Shown here: one piece after another, positions 1 through 13,110 of the stretch
Layout: each line of letters starts with the position of its first letter
How positions within the stretch are numbered: position 1 is the stretch's first letter
Assembly: GCA_964016885.1 (NCBI GenBank)
Contig: OZ024742.1
Coordinates: 78,554,001 to 78,618,000 of the forward strand
DNA from: Eledone cirrhosa
Lineage: Eukaryota
DNA: 64,000 nucleotides
Direction of reading: 5' to 3'
Notes under the pieces: generated by a model
Told to the model about the DNA's origin: nothing
The model's input: the letters and a program-made list of their open reading frames with translations, nothing else
The model's database searches: none
Translations under genes and position numbers: made by a program

Positions 1-1
1 G

Positions 2-36
<35 letters not shown>

Positions 37-330
37 GTATTTATATATATATATATCAAAGGTATATAGTGAGTTAGAAACTCAAAATAGTCTCTTACAA
101 TAAAATAGCTCTAGGAAAGAGATTTTCCCAAGCCGTATATTATAATTGAATATAAAAGAGAGATAAACATAGATATATACATATATGTGTTCAAATCGTA
201 AGGGACCAGATTCGCTAAGGTGAAAAAAATACTAACTATGTATATAAAACATGCAAAGTTATAGATGTTAAAGAGTCCTTTATCAATAAAACTGTGATAC
301 ATATTTCAATGACCATCATGGAGGCACATG

Positions 331-676
331 GAGGCACATGGCTTAGGGGTTAGAGCATTGGCCTTGCAATCGAAAGGTTGTGAGTTCAATTCTCAGACCG
401 GGTGATGTGTTGTTTCCTTGAGCAAGACACTTTATTTCACATTGCTCCAGTTTACTCAGCTGTAGAAATGAGATGATAGGGACTAGGGTCCATATCATTC
501 CACTGCAAAGTGGTCGTGGAGGTGCCACGACAAAAAAGCACCCAGCACTCACTATAAATGAGGTTGGTGTTAGGAAGGGCATCCAGCTGTAGAAATCAAG
601 CCAGCATCAATTCCCGTCCCACCCTTGCAAGCAGGGAAAAGTGGACGTAAAATGAAATGATGATGATGATGATGAT
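331..676 (+). mobile_element. tRNA-headed CORE-type SINE with RTE-derived 3' tail
   Basis: Box A/B-like head (tggcttaggggttagagc...gagttcaattctc); CORE-like ccttgagcaagacactt...ctcagctgtagaaatg; tail matches the RTE 3'UTR at 27095-27245; (TGA)n end; near-identical copies at 17454 and 56982. Confidence 0.85.
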
Positions 677-855
677 CATGGTCACTTGATTATGTAACCA
701 TTTTCTTGATCTCGTCAGACAGCAACATTGAGTAAATGGTTACATTTCTGAAGCAGTCCAAGATGCAAGGGAATGGACAAAAAATTACGTTTTTGTTGGG
801 GTTGCGTAGGTACAGAGGTGGAGGAAGTTGACGAGGTAACCTTTTACTCAATGTT

Positions 856-928
856 GCTCTCTGATGAGATCACGAGAATGTTTAAATAATCAAGTGACCA
901 TGATCATCATTGAAATATGTATCACAGC
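856..928 (+). ncRNA. Hammerhead-like motif (type I, long imperfect stem II)
   Basis: gctct-CTGATGA-g...-GAAA-tatgta-TC-acagc; the mirrored copy in the left arm reads gctgt-CTGACGA; base of stem II is imperfect. Confidence 0.4.
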
Positions 929-1070
929 TTTATTAATAAAGGACTCTTTAACATCTAAAACTTCGCAATTTCCTCAATCTAATTATACTCTGTCATTCTT
1001 ATTTTGAAGAAGTAACATGATGAGTGCTTGAATTGAATTGCATCTATGTCTACTGTAAATATATATATGT

Positions 1071-1149
1071 GTGTGTGTGTTTAATTAAATAGCTCTGTAC
1101 AATACATAGAGCACTCTTCTTTCCTTTATCTTTTCTATGGAAATACTTA

Positions 1150-1200
<51 letters not shown>

Positions 1201-1350
1201 CGTCTAACCCATGCTAGCGTGGAAGATGGACGCTAAATGAAGATGATGATATATAAATGTGTGTGTGTGTGTTAAGTATTTCCGTAGAAAGGATAAAGGA
1301 AAGAAGAGTGCTCTATGTATTGTACAGAGCTATTTAATTACACACACACA
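1071..1350. repeat. Inverted repeat (~70 bp unique arms) around (TA)n and a short RTE tail
   Basis: 1082-1151 is the reverse complement of 1271-1340 with ~2 mismatches; the spacer holds (TA)n and an RTE 3' end at 1199-1250. Confidence 0.85.
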
Positions 1351-3022
1351 GCTTTTGTTTTGCAAACACCTTCACAGATGTGACATTTGTACTGTTTGTT
1401 TCCTGGCATTACCGGCTTCGATGTGTCTTCATGCATTTCTACCATGTCTGGTCAGTCGACCAGCTGACTTGCAAATTAACCCACACTCATTGCAAATGTG
1501 TCACAGAGGGTGAGCTAGTAGAAGGATCTCACAAGTGACTCAATCTTTCCCTGGTTTGTGTGATTCATTTTATCTTTTTTTCCCTGCAGTTGATACAGCT
1601 CTCAATCATGTTGCATCTGCTTGTCATACATTCATATACATACATGTATATAAAAATACAGGCATAAATATATATATAATTAATATTATTATTTTATCAT
1701 CATTATTATTATTATTATTATTATTATGATGATGTAAAATTGACTCTCACAAAGCAACTGGACCCTTTCAAAAAGTTGTTATATATATGGATACATGTGT
1801 ATGTGTGTGTGTGTAAACCAGAGAAAGAAAAATGCAAAATCAATAACAAAAGTAATGTGATCTAATTTAATGGTAGCTGAAACTTCATAAATCTTTACTA
1901 CAAAGTGTTATTTTTTTCTTTTGTCAATCTTAGGAAGATGATGCAAAAACAGTGCATAATATTGGTTATAAAATGACCATTCAGTAAAAATATATCAATA
2001 TCATAGGGAATGCAAGTTGTATGAAATGTAATAATGGAATATTTTTGGTTTATGCTATATCTGTTGTTTGAAAAATAACGTAGCGACTTGAGCCTTTCTT
2101 TGATAGAGATAAGATAAATCATATGAAACAATATGTTGGGCATAATGTATACATAAAAAGTTATACATATACACAAAAACCTGAATAGTTTGATAGGTGT
2201 GGCAATATAAAAGTTCTATCAGTGTAAGGGAAATATCTTGGGGTATTTAAATGTCTTTATCACCTTTAAATTTTAGTTAACACGTTATATTATTCCAAAT
2301 TTCCTGAATTATATATATAAATATATAGGTACCTCATCTTGTGATTTGGAGGTATATAATTGCTAAATAAATACTTGAAATGCAATTACTTAATATATGT
2401 AGAGTTTACAGAATAAATTAGAATGGAATTTGGAAGAGATACAGGAAGTGAGTTGGTCAATGATTAACTATTTGATTTTATGCCTGAATGATCCTGTCTC
2501 TTTTCAAAATGTACTGGAATAGCTTGTGGGAATTATGCTTTGAATAGCTTGAGGGAATGTTTTGTCTGGGTTCTTAAATGCATATATTAATGAAAGCAAT
2601 ATTTAGTGAGAGCAATATAATTCTTCAGACAACTGATGTTAGCTTGTTGGATTTGCTATAGATTTTAGACCTTTTTAAAGAAACCTATCATTTAGGAGAC
2701 AACTTAGAAAGTTTTTTTAGAATTAAGATAATTAAAAGAGCTTGAAAAATATTTACAAGAAGATTAGCTTACCTTAATTGAATTTCTATTAAAACTATTA
2801 TGGTATCTGTAATTTATACGAAAATGAAGACATTAAATTTAAGTCTCTGGCAATAGTGCATGTATGATTAAACTAAAGGCTAGATTATACCATACAATAT
2901 TCATCTATTTTAATGCAATGGGACAGTATTGCTTCTGTAAAGCCAGCATTAGATATCTTCATTTAAATAATGTGAAAAACGACATCAGCCTCATCCAATG
3001 GCAACAAGAGTAAATACTTACT

Positions 3023-3199
3023 TACGAGGGCCAGCTGAAAAGTTCATAGGTTGATTATGAAAGAGCGATGCTAGAGCTGTGAAATCTTGCATGCATTAAT
3101 TTCAAATCTTCTTATTAATAACTACATTGTTTCTTTCCACTGACTACGTTGAAATATAAAACTCATTTGGTCATTCTATGAGAGTATCCGACCCTCATA
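3023..3199. mobile_element. Mariner/Tc1-type MITE
   Basis: TACGAGGG...ACCCTCATA termini with TA ends; second copy at 16118-16305. Confidence 0.6.
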
Positions 3200-4369
3200 T
3201 ATTAGGGACTAAGCTTATTATAGAATGGTGGATAAAATCTTTACAAACACGAACATTGTCAAAATGTTTACATTTTTCTATAAATATATATACATTCACA
3301 ATATATATTATTTATTAGGGCAAACATATTGTTTTTCATATATTATATTTACCTCTACCATACAAAAGGTCAATAACCTACTATCCATTTTCTAAATTAC
3401 AATTATATCATTAGCCAATAAGTTTCTATTATTTCATTGAAACCAATAAGTGTTTGCTATCATATGGAAACATTTTTTCTGTATGCTCATTATATATCAA
3501 CATTTTATGTAGTAAGAACTCTGGAGTGGTGATCTATCTAATTTGAACTTCCAATAGACTACACACACATATATATATATATGTAAATATACATATATCT
3601 GTGTGTGTTTGTGTGTAAGAGAGAGAGAGAGAGTGAGAGAGAGAAAGAGTGTGTGTATAAATACATTAGATTAAAGCCCAAATGTATTTAATACTAGATT
3701 CTTAAGTAATGTCTGTTGTACTTTCAGCTAAGAAAAGAAAGCTTTTACATACTGCATTCTCCTTCCATTTGTAAAACCAAACACACACACATATTGAAGA
3801 TGTTTCCTGGTTATGTAGGACTACATTGAAACATGCGTCTGGTATTATATAACGTTTTGAGTGAAATTTGGTTGCTTTTTCTAGTAGGTTAAGTGACCAC
3901 AGAGAGGCTTCATAGCTGGCTTGTATAGTTGTATAATGTCCAATTTATAGTGCCATTTTACACCAATTTTAATTACCATGTGTGAACACATTGTAATCCC
4001 AAATACATTGGCCTAAACATTAATCTAAACTCCAACATAACTAACAAATTCCTCCCTCAATATGTTATTACATATTTATGTTGTCCTTTGGAATTGTTTC
4101 CTTCCCAATATATTCAGTATTATCAACCTTTGAAGTACATGCTTCTCTTGTTTGAGGTTCACAAAACTCAATTATGGATCTTGATATGATATGCGTGCAG
4201 AGCAAATTGCAATTCGTTAAGCTTGATGGAATCTCGCGAAATATTTCCTTTTCATATGCTTTTATTTATTTATTCTACATTTTCTGTTCCATGGCAGCAT
4301 TTGTAGAGTGATTTTGATTCAGATGATTTGCCTATGTTTAACTTTCAGATTTACATATATATTATAAAA

Positions 4370-4420
<51 letters not shown>

Positions 4421-4423
4421 TAA

Positions 4424-4459
<36 letters not shown>

Positions 4460-5311
4460 AGAGAGAGAGAGAGAGAGAGAGACATACACACACCAGATAC
4501 ACACACATATTTATTACATATACATATATATATATATAACATCCTCTTCATCAGTTTTAGGTCCATTTTTCAATGCTGTCAAGGTTTAGATGAGATTTTT
4601 GTAGGTAGAATTCTAAGGCCTTATGCTTGTCTTCACAGGAACACTCATTATGGATTTTCGTACATCTTCCAAGCAGCAGAGTCTCCGTTTACAGCATACA
4701 GAAACAAATATCACCCACAATGATGTTAAATCCAAAGAGAAAGGAGAAAACAAACACACATTCACACACACACAAACATATATATATACAAGGGGATTCT
4801 TTACAGCTTTCAGCTGTTAAGGTCATTCAAAAATTATTGGTCAATCCAAAGTTATAGTAGCAGAGACTTGCTCAAGGGGATATAAAGCAGGATATAAGTT
4901 GTTATGGAGTGAACATCTTAAGCATATAGCCATGTTTACATTTCTTGCTCTCACACTATCTTTTTATATAACACACATATAACATTATTAACACACATAT
5001 ACATGTGTATGAGTAATCCAACAACATTTACAAGACAGAGAAACAAGTGTTTAATTTTGCCTGGTACCATATAGAAGGGAAATATTTTAGGATGGAAAGT
5101 TCATGGATTTACAGCCCCTTTCAGTTTCTTATTGTTTTCCTGTTGAGTATCATATCTTAACATTTTCCTTGCATTGTCTCAAAACAATACATATATATAT
5201 ATGCAACTATAAATGCCTGGGACACAGTCTGTGAAACATGTGTTGCAGTTTAACCAAGTACTACTGTAAATGCATCTAAACACACATGTACATACACACA
5301 CACACACATGT

Positions 5312-5348
<37 letters not shown>

Positions 5349-5511
5349 TACATATATATATATATACACACATATATATACTTATATATATATATAAGTA
5401 TATATATATATATACATACACATTTATACATCATCATCATCTTTGTTTAACGTCCATTTTCCACGCTAGCATGGGTTAGATAGTTATCAATATATATATA
5501 TATATATATAT

Positions 5512-6110
5512 AAACAGAAAAAATGAAACGAAATTTCATTTCTCACTCTTAGTACGGCTGTTACTTAAATATAAGTATGTATACGTACATACATATATGT
5601 ATACAGACGTACAGTAGTATGTATATATATATACATACATGCACAGATATATATATGTACGTATGGATTCACCGAACATTCATTATAATGCTCAGTGTGT
5701 TTGTAAACAAACATCCCAAATTAAGCCGTACAGTGTCTAGCAACCATCATTGCTCATTTGTTCAACCCTGACACAGGAACGACGCACCAGTTTCAAGCTT
5801 ATTAGCTATCGTCAGCAATGCACACCTTCCTGCCAGATGATTGAACGCCTGAAAGCATATACTTTCCTTATGCATATTAACAGCTGAGCAGCCCAATTTG
5901 CATATCGAGTGAGTTAATCGGCCGGGGTACCGAAAACGATAAACGGAAAAAATGAAACGGAATTTCATTTCTCACTCTTAGTACGGCTGTTACTTAAATA
6001 TAAGTATGTATACGTACATACATATATGTATACAGACGTACAGTAGTATGTATATATACATACATGCACACATATATATATATACGTATGGATTCACCGA
6101 ACATTCATTA
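5512..6110. repeat. Partial tandem repeat, ~429 bp period, containing a hammerhead-like motif
   Basis: 5512-5685 recurs at 5941-6110; flanked by (TA)n-type repeats. Confidence 0.8.
5785..5815 (-). ncRNA. Degenerate minimal hammerhead motif
   Basis: Minus strand CTGACGA-t-agct-aata-agct-t-GAAA-ctgg-TG; G at position 17 and weak stem I. Confidence 0.45.
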
Positions 6111-6762
6111 TATATATATATATGTGTGCATGTATGTATATATACATACTACTGTACGTCTGTATACATATATGTATGTACGTATACATACTTATATATA
6201 TATGTATATAAACACACACATATACATGTGTGTGCATATATATATATATATATATGCACACACATGTATATGTATATATATATATATACACACACATATA
6301 TACATACACATATATATAAATACACACACGCACATATATATTTTTGTGTGCATGTACACTTTACAATTTAATAAAAATAATTAGAAATTCAATGAGAAAG
6401 ATTTCAACAATCATTAAAATAAAACAAACAATGTCTGTATTTGTACAAACACAACAGAAATGCCATTTATATAATACATGAATATGTGTGTGTGTTCTAG
6501 GTATTTAATGTATGTAATAAAATGAAATGAAAATACTAAATTCAATATATTAATGATGTGTATCTGAAATTAAGAATTATGTATGGTGGGAAACGGTTAT
6601 ATATATTAGGGGTTTCATGTATTCTCAAAGTACCAGTGATGTATACTAAACTGTTTGATAACTGGTGATTGAAACTAGAGTGTGAACTTGGGTTTGTGGA
6701 ATACAGAATCCCTGCAATAATATGGTGCTCCTCAGATGTGAAAAGGAAAAAAGATTTTAACT

Positions 6763-6920
6763 ATTGAAATAGAAGACTTCACTGTAATTTTTTTTACTAA
6801 ACAAAATAGTGTAATAACAGGGTGTATAAACCCAATGAACAGAAAAAGATGGGTTTATACGCCCCATTGTTAAACTATTTTATTTAGTGAAAAAGTTACA
6901 GAAAAGACTTCTACTTCAAT
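6763..6920. repeat. Decayed inverted repeat (~70 bp arms)
   Basis: 6763-6834 vs 6850-6920, many mismatches. Confidence 0.6.
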
Positions 6921-7619
6921 TGCATTTTAAAACTTTGCTTGCTGCTTTCTTAACATACTTCCTTCATTTTAAAAATATTTCAATGATTGAAACATAGCAT
7001 TAACAATATCAACAAAATCTGATTATCAATAACTAGTATTATTCATTGCTAATAAGGTCAGAATAAAATAAAACATATCCAAAATGTGTTGTCTACTGCT
7101 GTTGCTAGAGACAAAGAAATATTCATCATTGACTAATATCACTTAGTTCTATTTGGCATTTTAATTCTACAATATGTAACCTCAATGTGACTATAGTTGA
7201 AAGAAATACACTGCTTTTGTGTTTCAATTAATTTCGAAATTAATAAAAAATGTTGAGTAAAACAACAAACCTTTCTTTAAATTGGCATTTGAAACATAGC
7301 TTTAAAAATTTTTTTACAGAAAATAATAATATAAGGTTTTAATTTAGATGCCATTATTTTAAAATTAACACTTCTATTTTGCACCAAGCGCTAAATATTT
7401 CAACACTAACTAGTCTAGATTAAAAGATAAGATTTAAAAAAAATTTAGGATTGCAAGTTTTAATTCAATTTTTTTTTCTAATGACTGTTAATTTAGTAGA
7501 AATAGAGTGAGGAAGGAACTGTTTGCTAATGATCATAGAGAAGCTTTATTATACTTTGGCACATTCTTTATAATTTAATGTTTTAACATTTTAAGACTAT
7601 TTTCCCTGCTAAAGCAAAG

Positions 7620-7960
7620 GTTAGCCTTGTAGGAGGGTTGCATATCTCTTCACCCACCCCTGGCTTTCAATTCTTCCTCCATCTTCTTTAGCCATGTCTT
7701 TCTTGGTTTTCCCTTTCCTCTACTTCCTTCAGCATTCATTTCTTTGACTCAGCTCACCCAGTCACTTGCATCCTTCTTCAACACATGACCTAGTCATCTC
7801 ATTTCATTTCATTTCACTGTTTGTTTTCCTATCTTTGAGAAATAATCCATTCATCCTCCGAACCATTCTTATTTCTGTTGTTTCCAGCTTTCACTACTAC
7901 TCCACATTCATCACCCATGCCTCCTTCCTATAAATTCACTCACTCCTCTTGTCACATTTA
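7620..7960 (-). pseudogene. Decayed RTE LINE ORF C-terminus
   Basis: Minus strand translates as R*LGHVLKKDASDWVS*VKEMNAEGSRGKGKPRKTW, similar to the end of the 27273-29531 ORF. Confidence 0.65.
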
Positions 7961-8082
7961 AGGACTATGTTTAAAATTATTCGAAGTCATCTGGCTGTGA
8001 GAAATGGCTTTAGGTTTTTTTATAAAATGTTATCAATAAAAAATAAGAGCATTATTTTAAAGAGTTATAAAGAGTTTTAAAG

Positions 8083-8273
8083 AGGGCGGTGGATTGGCAG
8101 TATCGGTAGAGAGTCAGACGCCATGCTTTACAGCATAGTTACGTCCCTTTACGGTCTGAGTTCAAATCCCGCCGAGGTTAACTTTGCCTTTCATCCTTAC
8201 GGGGTCGATAAAATAAAGTACCAGTAATGTACTGGATAATTGCTGGCCTTGTGCCAAAAGTAGAAACAATTAT
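8083..8273 (+). mobile_element. SINE with Nin/Deu-like central domain (family 2)
   Basis: gagttcaaatccc box B; tttgcctttcatccttacggggtcgataaaataaagtaccag core; attattttaaa(a)gagttat on both sides; more than 12 copies in the window. Confidence 0.8.
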
Positions 8274-8899
8274 TTTAAAGAGTTATGAAAGGACCATCAA
8301 ATATAGTTTGTTGTGACTCACTGAAGTAGTATCAGTTTTACATTTGACTAGTTAAAAGACAGCTTGTGTTGATATCAATATTAGGAAATGACCAAGGCAG
8401 TCAGATGCAGGAATAAAAAAAGTATTGCAATATTCAGTTCCATCATTATATGTTCAAATTGGACCATATCATCGCTGAGAATGAAAAATTATAGTGCTAG
8501 TAGTATGCTAGAAGAGATCCAGTTAATAATATGCACCTGCTTTTCTTTACCTGGGGTACTTGATATCTAACACCTGCAATGTCAATCCTCATATTCTGAC
8601 AAAAAATAAAAGTTTAAGTTATGTGAAATTAATTGTAATTAAAAGATAGTTTTTGATGAAAATTAACAGATGTGCCACAAGTAATTCTGAGAATCCAATT
8701 TTTTATGACAAGTCAATGCTAATAATTGTTTCTAACTTAGACAGAAGGCCAACAATTGTCCAGGGAAAGATGAAAGGTGAAGTTTGTCCCAGCAAGATTT
8801 GGTACTGGAACATGAAGGGGGGGGGGGGGGGTTATAATGATATACTGTCATGCAATGCCCAAATAATTCTGCCAATCCACTGCCCCGGTCAATCTTGAT

Positions 8900-9090
8900 A
8901 ATGGTTTCTGATATAGGCACAAGGTAAACAATTTCAGGGGGAAAGGTAAAGTTGATTAAATCGAACCCAGCACATTACTGGTGCTTATTTTATCGCCCCA
9001 TGAGGGTGAAAGGTAAAGCTAACCTCAGTGAGATTTGTACTCAGAACATAAAGGGTTGTAACTCTATTCTGCCAATCTCTACCAATACAG
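8900..9090 (-). mobile_element. Family 2 SINE copy (diverged)
   Basis: Reverse-complement similarity to 8083-8273. Confidence 0.65.
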
Positions 9091-12000
9091 CCAATCCAAC
9101 ACCCTGTTAATAATAGCAATACACTTTCCTTGCAGCATCTACCATTCTTGTGTTCAAATGACTCATTTACTGGGAGTTGTTTGTCTCCGTTGACAGTATA
9201 TGTTCAATAAATTTAGGATCAAAACATATATTGGGACTTATTCAAATATACATCTATTCACTAACAAAAACAGATGATAAAACCTTGGGATTAGGGAAAA
9301 ATGATGAATCATAATACTTGTAGGAACTGTCTTTCCCTTATGCCAAACAAGAAATACAAAAAAAAATATTCTAATATTTTTACTGTTTTTATTTCAAATG
9401 TTGCAAATGTGTGTGCATGAGTGTGTATAAAGATGTGTTAGTATGTTCATGTCAGTGTTTGTGCTTACTAGACACATGAAAAGGCAAACAAAGGGTAAGG
9501 TTTAACCCTTTTTCAACCATATGTCTAATGACATACACTACTTATAAGTTTCTATTAAACCTATTGGCACTAAACTTTCTGAAATGGCCCCTGGTTCTAC
9601 AGTACAAACTATTTGTTTTAACGTGTTTATATTTATCTATAAACGTTGCATCATAATTCTAAATAAGAATCTTTGTTAAATGATGCCTCAAACACCAGAT
9701 TCATAATGAGAATGTTAGCTATATTAGTACATCCCTCTAAATCCTTGTTTACTTTTAAAATTATGTGAAAATCATAGTTAGTGCTTTTTATTAGAAATAT
9801 GGTATAGAGAAGGTTATATTAAAAAATAATTAAGAATATGAAGGGATTTAGTAAAATAATTAACTTCTTTTCATTAATAAGCTAGTTTGGGAACATAATA
9901 AAAGTTGTAACATAACATTTTGATGCAATATTTTAATTTAATTACAAATATATTAAAATAATCTGAGTTAGTCTCAGTTAGCTTTGTACTGAAAGAGTTA
10001 AAATTACAAAGTTTACATATTTAATTAATATCAAAACATATGTACCTCTCTTTAGTGTGGTATTTATTAGGAAATGGCTGGCAGAATTAGTAGATCAACA
10101 AACAAAATATTTCAAATGTTTTGAAACATTATACTTATAATAATTTGTTTTGTTTTGTTTTGCTTTTAGTTTAAAACTCATTGGTGCCGCTTTGTTTTTG
10201 CCCTTTTTTTTTATCTGAGATCAACAATGAAAATATAAGTCTACTACTAAACTTGAAAAAAGTCTCCCACATTTCTTCCTCAAAAGATTTATGGGCCTTC
10301 TTGTGTTTAGGTAAGAAATCCTCCTCCTTTACATTACTATTACTACTGCTACTGCTGATATACTACTACTACTACTACCCTTATTACTTCTATTATAACT
10401 GCTTAGTTAAGACCATTCGGAAATACTAGAACAAAATTACTTTCTCTCCACCCCATACCCACCTACCTTAAATAAAGTATTATAAATCAGAGAGTTGGTC
10501 ATCATCATTGTCATCATTCTTATTTCGGTATATATATAAATATATATATATATATATAGTTATGTAATAAACAACATAAGATAATTATTTCATTTACCAG
10601 TGGTTTCTTGAAAGCAAACCAAATCTGCTTTCAGTCATCAGAATGAAAAAAAATCCTGGTGTTTTTATTGAATATGGATTAGGTTCCCAAATCCATATTC
10701 AATAAAAAACACTAAGTTTTCACAAGGCCATATGGTACCATTTCATACAGCAAACATCATCAACATATAGATAAACATCAGCAAATATATGTGTGTGATT
10801 TGCTTAAATGGTAGAACCCTTGTTCAACCCACAGGTGTGGATTCTAGTTCCACATATGCTGACACAATTTTTTTTTTCCATTCAGGGGGCTTATATGCCG
10901 TTATTACTGTTAAAACTGCTAATTCAATTTTCAAATATCTCCCGCCTTCTTCTAAATACACAAGCTATATCTATATATAGTTATATATAATTTATACACA
11001 CACAGATACTTTGTTATTTAATTGTAACATTTTAAAAATTTGGTGACTCATTGAAATAAAAAGAAGAAAAATCAGACTGCTTGGAACAATAAGTAGCCGA
11101 GTAACAATAACAATAAGAAACATACAAATAAAAATAACATTTACAAAGTCAGCAATATATTTTATGTTGTTTTATGTAACAAAATCACCATGATGATGAT
11201 GATGATGATGATGACACCTGAGAGAACCATCAGATACCAGCAGCAGCAGTAGTAGTACTATCGTCCTGATAATCATTATATATATATATAATCCTGTGCA
11301 TGTAATTACATTTACACGTGTGTATGTATGTGTGTGTATATATATATATAAATGTGTGTCTGTGAAGGTCGGTGTATTTTTGCAAGTTTGTGTATGCATG
11401 CATAATGATTATGGGATTAACTGATCTAATATCATTTGTCAATGATTTCCCCCAATGCACAAACCATTTTTAAGTGCTACAGTGAAATCTATATGGTAGA
11501 CTGTAGTTAAACACACCACGTTGGATATATATCATTTGTGGGAGACTAAAACTGAATAAACAATTTCATTTGGTCATTACACACAAAGGCTGCTCATAGT
11601 GTACATACATACAAGCACACACATACAAATGAATAAATATACATATGTGTGTGTGTGTACATGTAATATATATGTATGTATATATGTCTATATGTATGTA
11701 TGTGCTCTCTTTTACATACATACCAAATACATTGTGTACATTATATACACGTGGGTGGGTTCGGGTATATAACTACATTTTATTTCAGTTCACATGCTGC
11801 ACGCTATAACTTCTTAAGAAATTATCTACTGAAACACTTTTCTTTTCTTGTGTGTGTTTTTTAATGAACGACAACAACAACAATAATAAAAACAACAATA
11901 AAAATACTAATAATAATTATAATATCAAAGGGGTGTATCCATTTCCCCTTCCAGTGCAATTTATAGCTTAATTGTTTAACAAACACACAGATGAGAAATA

Positions 12001-12567
12001 TATTAACCCTTTTATATGATTTTGTTTAAAATTTCCTTCATGCAGAGATGTGTTATATGAGAGAATACTAATGAAAGGAATACAGAAATGTCTCAGCAAA
12101 TGATATTCATCTGTTTGCAGACATTTCACTAAGAGTCACAGCACAGACAGTTTCACAAACACTTCCTGCCAGATATTTTCTTTGGATTGCTTCTGGTCTC
12201 ACAAAGAACAATCCCAGAATCCCAACACCCTCAAATGTTTGGATTATTTTAAGAAATAATATTCCCTAGTGTATGTCTACTTAGTTTTAAACATAAGATA
12301 TGCGATAAATCCAGACACACACACAAATGTATAAGGCAGTCAGATATTCAAAGCTCTAATGCTACCTGCTTCTTGACTGAAACATATGTAAATGAATTAA
12401 ATAATATATTAATATATTAAACCTTGGTTATATATATATACACATATATATATTATCATTATTATAATTATTATTATACATAATTAAATTTGTCATGAAT
12501 AAACATAGCATATCAATGAAAAGAGATCATGAAAAGATCTTATTCAGAGAAGTAAATATATATAAAG

Positions 12568-12747
12568 AGTATCTTATACAAATAACTGTAAGGTAGATAA
12601 AGCAGAATTCTCTAGGGATATACTCACATTGAAGCAACTTAAATATAGGAAGCCTACTCAGGCTCCTTATATTTTGGTTGCTTGAATGTGAGTATATCCC
12701 TAGGAAATTCTGCTTTATCTACCCTTCAGTGATTTGTATAAGATACT
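12568..12747. repeat. Long hairpin, ~88 bp arms with a 4 nt loop
   Basis: 12568-12655 pairs with 12660-12747, scattered mismatches. Confidence 0.9.
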
Positions 12748-13020
12748 TTCTCTCTGTATGTATGTATATATATATGTGTGTATATACCTATCTATCCTAT
12801 ATATTTATATATATGTATGTATAAACACACACATATATATATATATAGAGAGATAGATAGATAAATATACACGGGTGTGTATGATTGTGTATAGAAGATT
12901 ATATTAATAAGAGGAATTCCAACTTTGTCTGATTTACTCGTTTTATTTGCAATCCTTTAAAATTTTATAATGGTATTATAATGAAATAGTATGATAGAAT
13001 ATTAAATGTTAAGTGATAAT

Positions 13021-13059
13021 TGAACAAGTACTTTCATGCTTTCGCAATCTTCAGGTTCA
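13021..13059 (-). ncRNA. Minimal type I hammerhead ribozyme
   Basis: Minus strand tgaac-CTGAAGA-t-tgc-gaaa-gca-t-GAAA-gtac-TT-gttca: 5 bp stem I, GAAA-capped stem II, palindromic stem III. Confidence 0.75.
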
Positions 13060-13068
13060 TGATATGTG

Positions 13069-13110
13069 GTGACAGTCGAGTTTGCAATTAATTGCAAACT
13101 CGACTGTCAC
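13069..13110. repeat. Perfect 42 bp palindrome
   Basis: gtgacagtcgagtttgcaatt|aattgcaaactcgactgtcac. Confidence 0.95.

Larger units (their letters stand above)
57..957 (-). mobile_element. Fold-back (inverted-repeat) element with hammerhead-like motifs, probable Penelope pLTR relic; left arm interrupted by a SINE
   Basis: 262-320 plus 677-743 is the reverse complement of 835-957; each arm has CTGAYGAG...GAAA-TATGTA-TC; (TA)n at 43-56. Orientation and left boundary are inferred. Confidence 0.55.

Noticed and set aside
331-410. tRNA-like sequence
   Set aside because: SINE head running into CORE and RTE tail; no complete cloverleaf.
1950-2800. Possible very old LINE (YIPP, RTFILPHLS on the minus strand)
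   Set aside because: Too fragmentary to support without a profile search.
4319-6384. Many 60-120 aa ORFs rich in YI/HT/CV (also near 15 kb, 24 kb, 31 kb, 45 kb)
   Set aside because: Translations of (TA)n, (CA)n and (GA)n microsatellites.
10659-10712. 22 bp-arm hairpin (also a small one at 54120-54146)
   Set aside because: Short and AT-rich, with no associated motif or second copy.
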